From positions 1-58,082 of the forward strand of contig JAUCBJ010000425.1 of the NCBI GenBank assembly GCA_032718475.1: a stretch of DNA of 58,082 bases. The letters are read 5' to 3'. The notes under the pieces are model-generated. The model was not told the origin of the DNA. It ran no database searches and saw nothing but the letters and a program-made list of their open reading frames with translations. A program made the position numbers and the translations under genes. The DNA comes from Nemertoderma westbladi. Its lineage: Eukaryota; Animalia; Xenacoelomorpha. Of the stretch, positions 1-10,224 are shown piece by piece. Numbering within the stretch: the stretch's first letter is position 1; the number at the start of each line of letters is the position of its first letter.

Positions 1-1
1 A

Positions 2-1264
2 ATGGCGTTAAAATTTATTGGACATCCAGATGGATTAAGACAAGTTTGGGATACACTAAACATCAGGTATGGTAATAGGACTAACATAGCTAGGTATTTA
101 TATGCGAAATTAATGGCGCCCCGAAAGTTTCTTAGCAGCGGGATTATAGAGTTTTCCGATGAGATTCAGGAGATCTGTAGACAACTAGATTGGTTAGGTA
201 AGTCTCATGAATACCAGAATTCTATGGTTGTAGGAGCCTTAGCATCTACTTTGCCCAAGGGTGGAGTAGGTACACGCTGGGACAAGAAGGTGTTATATAT
301 GATGGAACAACAACAACGAGACCCTACCATGGCTGATCTCATGTCATTCTTAGATGGAGAAGTGAAATTACAGCTCCTAAGACAGTCCAGAGAGAAGACA
401 CTGGAAAACAAGGTAAGTGAGAAACCCGTTTCTAGGAGAAGGGTAACACCAGTATGTTATACCGACGACGGTGAAAGCCAAACTTCTCAAGGAGAGGACA
501 GCGGGAAAGACACTGACAGATCTTATGTCAATAAAATGCCTAAAGATCAGGTAAGTAAATCCGAGTCTCGACCCAATGACAGAAGGGAACCGGTACAAAA
601 AACCCCTCCTACGTCTCCTAAAAGAATTCAGGTGAGAAAGCCCGAGGAAAGAACAAGTGTGCACCACATAGCACAGGTTAAAGTAAGTAACATCAAGCCG
701 AAATGTGTGCTGTGCGACGGGCCCCACCGTTTAAATGCGTGTGATAAATTCCTGAGGAAATCACTCGAGGATAGACGTGAAGTCATGTGGGATAAGCGGT
801 TGTGTTATAATTGCCTCAGACGAGGACACCAACGGCGAACCTGTAACTCCGACGCAAGGTGTGCAAAGTGCGGCGCAAAACATCATATCTTGTTGCACAC
901 GGAATTCGAACGAAACAGCCCGAGTCAGGTAAGTGAGTCCGAACTACATGTCCAATTCAGTGATGTGAACGACACTGATCAATCTGAGATGGAAGGATTC
1001 TATACGGACGAGTTCTCCGATCAAAACGAATCCTGTTACCTAATAAACACCACCGCAGTGTATCGAGCACTCGTACATGAGAAAGACACAGACAGCGACC
1101 TTACCTTAACCACTTCTGAACGACAACCACCTTGGAAAGAGACATCTTCCAATGTAGGGATCCGAGAGTTTCCTGTGGTGCAAGTAAGGGTTCACGGACC
1201 TAAGACGGAGTTATGTAGTGAACGCCCTCCTGGACTCCGGCAGCACAGGAACATTCATCGATAA
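2..1264 (+). CDS. BEL/Pao Gag (5'-partial)
   Basis: 420-aa open frame with CVLCDGPHRLNAC, CYNCLRRGHQRRTC and CAKCGAKHHILLH, the triple Cys/His knuckle typical of BEL/Pao Gag. It ends in FPVVQVRVHG, the lead-in to the protease. Confidence 0.9.
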   Translation: MALKFIGHPDGLRQVWDTLNIRYGNRTNIARYLYAKLMAPRKFLSSGIIEFSDEIQEICRQLDWLGKSHEYQNSMVVGALASTLPKGGVGTRWDKKVLYMMEQQQRDPTMADLMSFLDGEVKLQLLRQSREKTLENKVSEKPVSRRRVTPVCYTDDGESQTSQGEDSGKDTDRSYVNKMPKDQVSKSESRPNDRREPVQKTPPTSPKRIQVRKPEERTSVHHIAQVKVSNIKPKCVLCDGPHRLNACDKFLRKSLEDRREVMWDKRLCYNCLRRGHQRRTCNSDARCAKCGAKHHILLHTEFERNSPSQVSESELHVQFSDVNDTDQSEMEGFYTDEFSDQNESCYLINTTAVYRALVHEKDTDSDLTLTTSERQPPWKETSSNVGIREFPVVQVRVHGPKTELCSERPPGLRQHRNIHR

Positions 1265-2444
1265 AGAGCTAGCCGAAGATATATTTGCTGGACAACTCAA
1301 GTTCCAAACTAAGCTCAACATGTCTGGCATAATGCAAGTTTGGAAATCTACAATAACAGCTGATTATTATGTAGGCGCGTTGTCCACCCCACAAGACGAA
1401 CTAGGAGAACATAGCATAAGGTCAGTGAAAATGGTGGCTATAAAGAACTTCGCTACTACTCAAGCAGACCTTTATAATTGGGACGAGGATGAGAGCATCC
1501 AACATCTTAACATACCTCGATTCCAGACTGATTACCCTGGAGTGCAAATACTCATCGGCCAAAACGCGCATGAGGCGCTGGAGACATTAGAGAAACGGCC
1601 TGCTCAACCGCAGCCCCTACAGACCTATGCGGTAAGAACTAGAGTAGGTTGGTACCTTACTGGACCTTCCCGTAGAACGCTCAGGGAAAGACTGCTTCAA
1701 GATCGCGTCTGCCAGGTGAGTGAATGGGAAGATGATACTAGTGAGGGAGACGACCCAACTGAGGGAACACCACACTCCTCAGATAATGACAATCTTAGCT
1801 CCAATGTAGATCAATGGAGATATTGCCCCAAGAAGTTTAATCCAACGGACATCGCTTCCAGAGGAGCAACTCCTCAAGAACTGACAGATACTATAGACCG
1901 GTTAGGTGAACCCGACTTCCTGAGTAAGGAGAATGAATGGCCTCCCCATCTTACTCCGACTGAGATTAGACCAGCCAAGGGAGCGGAGAAAGTCGAACCT
2001 GAAACCCGGACGGGTGGATCGGAGTTATTTGAACCCGGGATAGATCTGTCGGTATTACATGTTGCCAGGGACGACGCCGTGGATCTGGGCCTCCCCTCCG
2101 CGAGTGGATCCTTCATGAAGATCAGAGAGAGCGATTGGAGCTCTGGAACATCAGACGTCTCGCAGGGACTCTCACCTCTCCTGCAGAGAGCGACGGACCA
2201 CTATAGCTCCTGGAATCGGCTTTGTGACGCCGTCATATACTTTGAGCGATGTTTCTATCGTCACTATTCCAGGACGAAGAGGAAACCTGGAATTGTATTC
2301 AGGATGCAGCGACTCAATCACCCAGTCGGTCGTTTGTGTTTATCGGAAGGGAATGGAGGACTCTCCGGAAACTGTGGAAGGCAAGATTCTCTTCCCACGA
2401 CCACCTCCCTAATCCTTCAAACATCTAGGGACTCCATAACGTAA
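1218..2444 (+). CDS. BEL/Pao aspartic protease fused to pol remnants; no RT or integrase core
   Basis: NALLDSGSTGTFI active site, VQILIGQ flap region and YAVRTRVGW. Next come the RNase H C-terminal WRYxPxxxNPxDxASRG, then YSSWNRL and terminal PVGRLCL. No YxDD motif and no DDE core. Confidence 0.85.
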   Translation: MNALLDSGSTGTFIDKELAEDIFAGQLKFQTKLNMSGIMQVWKSTITADYYVGALSTPQDELGEHSIRSVKMVAIKNFATTQADLYNWDEDESIQHLNIPRFQTDYPGVQILIGQNAHEALETLEKRPAQPQPLQTYAVRTRVGWYLTGPSRRTLRERLLQDRVCQVSEWEDDTSEGDDPTEGTPHSSDNDNLSSNVDQWRYCPKKFNPTDIASRGATPQELTDTIDRLGEPDFLSKENEWPPHLTPTEIRPAKGAEKVEPETRTGGSELFEPGIDLSVLHVARDDAVDLGLPSASGSFMKIRESDWSSGTSDVSQGLSPLLQRATDHYSSWNRLCDAVIYFERCFYRHYSRTKRKPGIVFRMQRLNHPVGRLCLSEGNGGLSGNCGRQDSLPTTTSLILQTSRDSIT

Positions 2445-2460
2445 CAACATATGGAGTGGG

Positions 2461-3994
2461 TGTGTGACTCTATTATTTTATATTATTTTATTATTTTTAT
2501 ATTTATGTATGTATTACTATGTAATTCTATTATAATCGTTTTCTTTAATTTTATTCAGTAGAATGTTATTTTAGCGATTATTTAGTAGATTAGTGCAATA
2601 TATATTCGCGTTTATTACTTAATTACGTATATATTATATTTAATGCGACGGCAAGAAATAATTCTTTTCCTTCTTCCTTACTGTCCGTATTACATTACAA
2701 ATACGTAGCTACAGTAAGATGAAATGTCCTTACTTATTAAAGTACAATAAAGCCACTACTATATTCAAGTATTATTGGTAGGCAGAGTATTAGGAATGCA
2801 AAGTTCAGATCCTCGTGTCTCGGCTAAACCAAGCTCTGGGTAGACCTTGGAAACGACTTGCCTCTTCACACTGACATTGCTTCGTGCGATATTGCTCTCA
2901 TACCGTATATTAAATAATACATATAGTAGCGTGATGTCCCTTTAACAGTAGCGTATAACGCCAAATAAATCTGTTAAACCCTTTGACCATCTGTAATTCT
3001 AGTCGATTAAGATATCGTGGCACCCACCGATATACTTGAAAGACAAATTATAGAATCAGTGGTTAACGTCCCCAGACAAGTTCTGGAATAAATCGGTGCC
3101 CATCTCAAATATTAATTAGTTAATATTTACAAATCAAATAAGTCAAAATCTGTAAAATCCAGATCCTTCAACAATTCTAGTCAATTAAGATATCGTAGCA
3201 TTTACCGATATTCTTAAAAAAGACAATTGTCATAGAATTAAGGATCTTGTGTCCCTAGACATGTTCTAGAATCAAAATATGCCCATTTAATTATCAAATA
3301 ATAAAATTTCAGGGAATAAATTTAAATTCATGTCTTTTAATGAATTTAATAAATTGCCATTTTACGCGATTTATAACATTCCCAAAATTCCATTAATTAA
3401 TAGATCAAGGGAGCGGAGATTTATATTATTATGCGTATGCGTGTACGAAAGTCTCCCAAACATAGTTAATAGCCGATAAAATTCGTAAAGTCATGTATAA
3501 ACAGGACATTGACTATTAAAGAATTACTATTAAATAACATCCCAGATCTGTATGCATTGGAATCACCCTAATTCTACCGCTAGCTTTGCATAATGTCACC
3601 ATAGCAACAACCACGCTAGAATTAGAATTGAGTTAAACGAACAATAGAAAGCTTGTCCCATTGAATATCATAGGGAATAAATAGCGCACTACTAGTATCC
3701 AAGGATACATAATAATACAGTGACATTCTGGAAGGCATTGACTAACGGACAAATGGCCCGAATGTGTGTAATTTGTGACAAGTTGTGTGTGTGGTATTTG
3801 TGAGTTTATAGGTGAATGTTACTGCTAAGGTGTGTTTACAGTAGCTATAGTCGCAATCGTAAAAGTAACCTAACTCTCCAAGGAAAACCTGAAGTACATC
3901 TAAGCCTTTGGGACGGACAGTCGAGTGACTTGTGCCGGTTGTCGTTGTCGTTGTGCGGCTACGTCGTTGGCGAAAGTACAGCGGCGGCGACACA
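2461..3994 (+). mobile_element. Putative long (~1.5 kb) 3' LTR
   Basis: Starts TGTGT directly after a short purine tract, 16 nt past the pol stop, and ends ACACA (5-bp inverted termini). AT-rich. No second copy in the window to confirm it. Confidence 0.4.
2995..3295. repeat. Diverged direct repeat, two copies 178 bp apart
   Basis: aattctagtcgattaagatatcgtggcacccaccgatat...agacaagttctggaat...tgcccat at 2995 versus aattctagtcaattaagatatcgtagcatttaccgatat...agacatgttctagaat...tgcccat at 3173. Confidence 0.8.
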
Positions 3995-6699
3995 TCGGCG
4001 CTGAGGATCTCGTACTGTCCGGGGGTTAATTGGAGTAGGCAGCGACGCTCGCTAGCCTAAATATAAACTCATTATAATATGGATAAACTCACATATAGCA
4101 GATATGACGGAGTTGATAGCAGATGGTCTTAGTATCGGGGAGCGATATACTCTACCTTTGCAGGCGTTTGTCGATGGCTTGATGTGCGGCGACGCTGATC
4201 CAACTACTGCGGAGGACGATGGTTGTTATATCGAACCGCCAATGTCCCAGGAGCAACTTGTGCGTGAATTGGATTATAGAAAGTTCACTGCTCACTACAC
4301 GCATCGTAATGGTACGTATATGGACTTCTTGACCACTGGTCATCCTATCGATTTACATAATACGGACTATGTCGACTATATATCCTGCCCAGCGGAGTCG
4401 GAACCATAAACGGAAATTCGAATGCGAAAATTCTATTCGAAATCGACTCGAAAGAAAAGACACTTAAGAAACAAATGGACGCGGTAACTCCAACGTATAT
4501 TTGGAATTCTTGATAGAAGCATTGTAACAACAAATAAATATCACCCGCGTTTACCCTACCAGACGTGCGTCTTTGGTATTATTACGATAAATGCCCTAGA
4601 CCCAACTAATAAACGGAAAGACATAAACATCCACGTAAACCGAAACTTGTTGATGTATCACCTATGCTCACTCGGCTCGAACGATCCTGGAGTAAACCTA
4701 CGATCAGAGTCCCGGAATACTCGGTCAAACCTCCTCATTCCTTAGTTGGACCTCAGACCTGCGATCTTGGTGGTGTCGCGGATCCTCGCGGACTGTATTC
4801 ACTGTTCAAAGATCTAGTGCTACCCTAACAATTAATCGGTAACACTCCGGCAGTGATTTCTAGCTAGCCGCCCATCTTACCTAGCCAGATTGTGACGCGG
4901 ACACCTAATATCACTATCCAACCGTATGGTCGTCCACGTTTAACGCGATACAACCCCTCATCACGGTGAAGGAGAGCGTTGTACGAAACGAGTTAAACGC
5001 TATTTTATAAAGATCAAAAGGGAAACCTGCGTTTGTTCAGATAAACGTAAGTTATACCAGTGAGTCCAATCGATAAACGAATTGGCCTTATCTCAATTCA
5101 ATTGGGAAATCCAGAATCTCTAAGAAGTTATCGAACTTGGACGATCCTATTCTCTGCGAGAGTTTTTGGATGAACGTATCCAGCTACGAGCGGAGGAAAA
5201 TCAGCTCGAGGAGAAGCATATCGAAACGGCAGATACCTCGACCACAATCCTACACCTTCTGATGCAATCATATTGCACCCTTCACCCAGGAGTTATGGCC
5301 CTCCTAGTAAAGTGGCTCCCCCCAAAGAGAAAAAGACTCTTGCTAGCCTCAAAAAACTGCGTAAACGCCGTCTGCGTAAGAAAGACTAACTGTTTAGAGT
5401 ATCGTTATGTTTTAGAAACTGTGATTTTTATATTTTATAGACTGAAAATCCCATTTTCTGGGAGCGGTGTAAAAGCCTTTGCTGAATTGCCCCGTTATTT
5501 TTATTATCTTTTACATTAAAATACTCTGTAGTTGATTTAATAAGTGTAAGAGACCGTATTATTGCTGTATCGGTGTTTTTAGAGGATCTAAGACCTATTT
5601 CCTCCGTATGTGTACTGTGAAAGGCATATTTTGTGATTCTATGGCAATTCGTGACGCAAAGGGGTGATAGCTACTCTTGAACAGTAGTTACTATGACTAC
5701 GGTTAACAGCTGACATTCATACGTGTTGATTTCCTTTGTTCTACGGCGTCTCTCAGTTCAGTCAGCCAATGAGAGCGTTTTTGTGGCTCCTTGTACAGAA
5801 AATTTCCGAGAAATGACGCAATGCCTATGTGCAGTGTTTACATTCAGTCTTGAGCCAAAGAAAGAACGGCTTGGAAGTATTTTGTGCTATACTGTCTTTT
5901 AGTCTTACACTAGTAGGTTTAATTATAAAGGGCATATATCCTTTAACGCATCTAATGACTACTGATAACTTATCATACATCCTGACTGCTGAAACATTGC
6001 AAACTCATAACAATCAGTGTTCAGTTGTTGTTTTATACTGCTATTTACTGTCAGTTCTTCATAATATGGTTGATGAATTATTATATTTGGAATAACGATA
6101 AATAACCCCGAAACCCAATGTTCTTGATATACCGAAGGTAAGAGAGAAGGGTTACAGATAAACGATTGTGACTTATGTTAAAGTGGTTTGAAGTGAATCC
6201 AATGTTATTTGATAGACCCTACATGATTCAGTCTGTGTTCCTTTTATATGTGACTAAAATCAGTGAAGATTGGCAGATTAGTGTGCAGTATTGTGCAGCA
6301 TTGTGTATGAGTGAGTCTGTTAAAGAAGCAATTCCTAAAGAATGCGCCATATATGTGAATTATAATTAAGCCATATCGTTGTGAGTAGTTTAAGTCATAA
6401 CTCTGTTTATAGATAAAGCGCCACGTCCTAAAGGAACTGTTAATATTACCGAAGGTGAATAATATTGTCAGAGATTATATAATACTGTCAGTCGAATAAT
6501 ACATTAGGCTTACATAGCAATAAAAATTAAACCGTCGAACCCAATCTCCCGGGAATATCCAGCGGGTGAATGGTCGCGCACGGATTGGTTTCGACTAGTG
6601 TAGTGAATCAAATACTTGTCATAGACTAAAAAGCGATTTATTATCTAGAAGACATTCTAATTTGGCGGGTTAAACTGCCAAAGGTCTGAAAGCGCGAAC

Positions 6700-6885
6700 A
6701 GCTATAGACCCAGGGCGATGTAGGTGATTGATGCAGACTTGCATTAAATCTCCCAGGAATGTTAAAAATGCATGGTGATGCACTCCATCAGTAGCTGCTT
6801 GTAGATTGTGGTAGAAATTTTCCACCTACTCTACAGGGGCAACACTAGTTGGAGAGTAGCACACAATCAGAACCACCTTAGGAAA
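6700..6885 (-). mobile_element. Degenerate RTE-clade LINE fragment (AP endonuclease)
   Basis: Minus strand reads PKVVLIVCYSPTSVAPVE*VENFYHNLQAATDGVHHHAFLTFLGD, colinear with PKVTVICCYSPTNASEPEQAVKFYEEL...IAGDLNA of the ORF at 50664. Confidence 0.8.
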
Positions 6886-6960
6886 CTTCTTAGCCAGTCT
6901 TCCATAACATGAGAAGTGGCAACGGATGATGCAGTTAGAGAATACATGGTGACATTATAT

Positions 6961-7062
6961 TCGCCGTGAGGACCAGCCAGTACATTATCTTGTGCTTTGG
7001 CGGCCTCATTGACTGAATAAGCATGGTAGACAGCCCATGACTTTCATAAGATGCCTCTTAAA
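6961..7062 (+). mobile_element. RTE LINE fragment (C-terminus), same family as 30930-32063
   Basis: Reads RREDQPVHYLVLWRPH*LNKHGRQPMTFIRCLLK versus RREDQPVHNLVLWQPHGVNKHGGQPMTFLRRILK. Nucleotide similarity is visible. Confidence 0.85.
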
Positions 7063-7077
7063 ACATCATTAAATAAG
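7063..7077 (+). CDS. ANKFN1: Remnant 3' end of an upstream ANKFN1-like exon (TSLNK)
   Basis: Strong donor AAG|GTAAGT at 7077/7078 and a 97-nt intron to the acceptor at 7174. TSLNK|AFS resembles QSLRE|AIS of ANKFN1 as I recall it. Confidence 0.5.
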
Positions 7078-7174
7078 GTAAGTTGCTAATTAAATCAAAT
7101 CAATATTCCAATAAAATGAGTTTTAGTTTATTCCTCTACACATTCACTCCTCACTACATTCTCTACACCTACAG

Positions 7175-7385
7175 GCATTTTCCAATATCGAATCCAGAAT
7201 TGCCAACGAATATCTCGACCGATTGGCTTCCATTGAGGGACGGTTGCAAACGTTACGGAAACCTCATAACTGGATTGGTCCCCTAATCGAAGCAGCCCGT
7301 CACAAAACCCATCCGCTAGGGGTTCCATTGAGTTTGGTCTTTGCGTCTATAATTGATACTAACACGGCGTGGGCTAATAGTCAAG
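7175..7385 (+). CDS. ANKFN1: ANKFN1/wide-awake-like exon (phase 0 to 1)
   Basis: Flanked by ctacacctacAG| and CAAG|GTAAGT. Only one frame is open: AFSNIESRIANEYLDRLASIEGRLQTLRKPHNWIGPLIEAARHKTHPLGVPL..., resembling the ANKFN1 segment AxSxxE...WIMDxLxYARxK...GxP. Confidence 0.8.
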
Positions 7386-7451
7386 GTAAGTGTGCGAGAA
7401 ATGTGGGGGGGGGGGGTTATCATTTATAAGTATGTTTATATAGCCACATGA

Positions 7452-7727
7452 ACCCTGAGCCCAATGTTTAGAGTGTGTCGTGGCGGTCGTGGGTTCGATC
7501 CCTGCATGAGGACCACGGCGGTTTTCGTTTCGGCACAAATGCTTTAAAGGGAATAGCCATAGGATTAATCTCTACCTTGCATCTTTAAATAGTAGCTAAA
7601 TTAGTACTGGTGTTTCATCTGGGGAGTATTAATTGTTCTGGGGGGACCGCACTGTAATTTCAGACTATCAGACTTTGTGCATAATCCCTGGCCCAACGGC
7701 TGAATAAAACTTAACTTTTACTTAACT
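7452..7727 (+). mobile_element. tRNA-derived SINE (intronic)
   Basis: Degenerate A box (tgagcccaatg), clear B box GGTTCGATCCC at 7492-7502, about 270 bp, ending in aataaa and short acttaact repeats. No TSD resolved. Confidence 0.6.
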
Positions 7728-7773
7728 TGTTTAATCCATTGTGACTAAACAAACAAACACGTCATTATATTCC

Positions 7774-9109
<1,336 letters not shown>

Positions 9110-9155
9110 ACGTTTAATGAGCTGTTTTAGTAATTATAAACAACATCTCTCACAG

Positions 9156-9274
9156 GTATCAACTACCATACGCGTTGCTATGACTACTCACTTAAACGGT
9201 CGCTATCTTTACATGAAACTATGTGTGTGTATCTCGGTCCTGATTGTGGATTGGAAACTGAAAGTTATTTGAGG
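9156..9274 (+). CDS. ANKFN1: ANKFN1-like exon (phase 1 to 0), start of the Ras-association-like domain
   Basis: Flanked by catctctcacAG| and GAGG|GTAAGT. Only the phase-1 frame is open: (G)INYHTRCYDYSLKRSLSLHETMCVYLGPDCGLETESYLR. Confidence 0.8.
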
Positions 9275-9757
9275 GTAAGTTAACGACATGTTAGTTCTTC
9301 TTGCTGAGACTAAAGGCATTATAAAGGCCACTTGTTACAAATAATAATTTGTTTATAACTCATTATTCTAATTTATTAATATTTATATCACAACTTATAA
9401 CTATGTACTTGCACATGAGTTAACTATTGTGTTACATTACAATACAATATTACAATACAATTAAACATTGTAGTTCAGTTTATCAAAAAAAAGTGAAGTA
9501 AAAAGTTTCACATCTCCATTATAGGTTTGGTAATGATATCGGTACCGACCGTGAAGAATTTTGTTATATTTACAATGAAATCGTAGGAAGTCTTTCTTAC
9601 TACTGTAAGTTATAATGAAGATGCATAAGGTACTAAACATTCAATGTTTGTTGTTGCTGTGAGGGAAATATTTTCCTCGATTCAATAACAATTATCTCAA
9701 CAACAATTAATTAAAAAGTTAAGCAGTTAAGAACAAAAATTATCTGCTCATTTTCAG

Positions 9758-9928
9758 CTTCATATTAACGACAAAACCACAGCTCGGCGTGTAGTACAAC
9801 TCTGTATGGATGAAATCAATAACACTGAGAACGGGAGCGCTGTATCCAGTGATACCAATGAGGTCAGGGAAGCGGAAACAGCCAATGAATGGCTAGAATT
9901 ATCCTTATTCGTCGTCCTATCAAATAAG
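9758..9928 (+). CDS. ANKFN1: ANKFN1-like exon (phase 0 to 0), RA-like domain core
   Basis: Flanked by cattttcAG| and AAG|GTTTGT. LHINDKTTARRVVQLCMDEIN...LELSLFVVLSNK resembles wake/ANKFN1 LHVTPxTTAREVINLVVxQLN...FCLVAVIGAR. Confidence 0.85.
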
Positions 9929-10109
9929 GTTTGTTCACATAACAGACCTAACATACATTCAGTACACATTTTTGGTACGCATATGTGCCAGTTAAGGCAG
10001 CATCCAGTTATCCTCAGACAAACAGTTTTTCTTATTGTTTTTGTTATTATCTTATTGGGTTATTATCTTTTTGTTATTGTTTTTTCTTATTATTTTGCCA
10101 TAGAACAAG

Positions 10110-10224
10110 ATCATTCACAGACTGATCAATTATACAATGCCCCTTTCGAAGATCATTATCTCAGCGTAATTTTACTATGAAATTGATGGGCACCACTCTG
10201 CAGATTCGACGAAGGAGACTTGCC
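10110..10224 (+). mobile_element. Old RTE LINE fragment, left half (split by the satellite)
   Basis: GTTLQIRRRRLA(DH) resembles SLTLEQNRLRFAGH. It continues in frame at 41492. Confidence 0.6.

Larger units (their letters stand above)
1..3994 (+). mobile_element. BEL/Pao LTR retrotransposon, internally deleted (gag + protease, remnants of RNase H and integrase ends, putative 3' LTR); 5' part lies outside the window
   Basis: Three BEL-type Zn knuckles, ALLDSGS protease, AVRTRVGWYLTG, WRYCPKKFNPTDIASRG and HPVGRLCL motifs in order. Purine-rich GGAGTGGG then TGTGT at 2461. The right boundary (ACACA at 3990-3994) is tentative. Confidence 0.85.

Noticed and set aside
5519-6690. Short ORFs 5829-6095 and 6175-6369 as further ANKFN1 exons
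   Set aside because: No recognisable ankyrin, FN3 or ANKFN1 motifs and no convincing phase-compatible splice pairs.
10104-10169. Alternative terminal exon after the T-rich tract (ttttgccatAG|AACAAG..., NKIIHRLINYTMPLSKIIISA*)
   Set aside because: The acceptor looks plausible, but the peptide does not complete the RA-like domain as 41765-41899 does, and the region looks RTE-derived. It cannot be excluded as a minor isoform.
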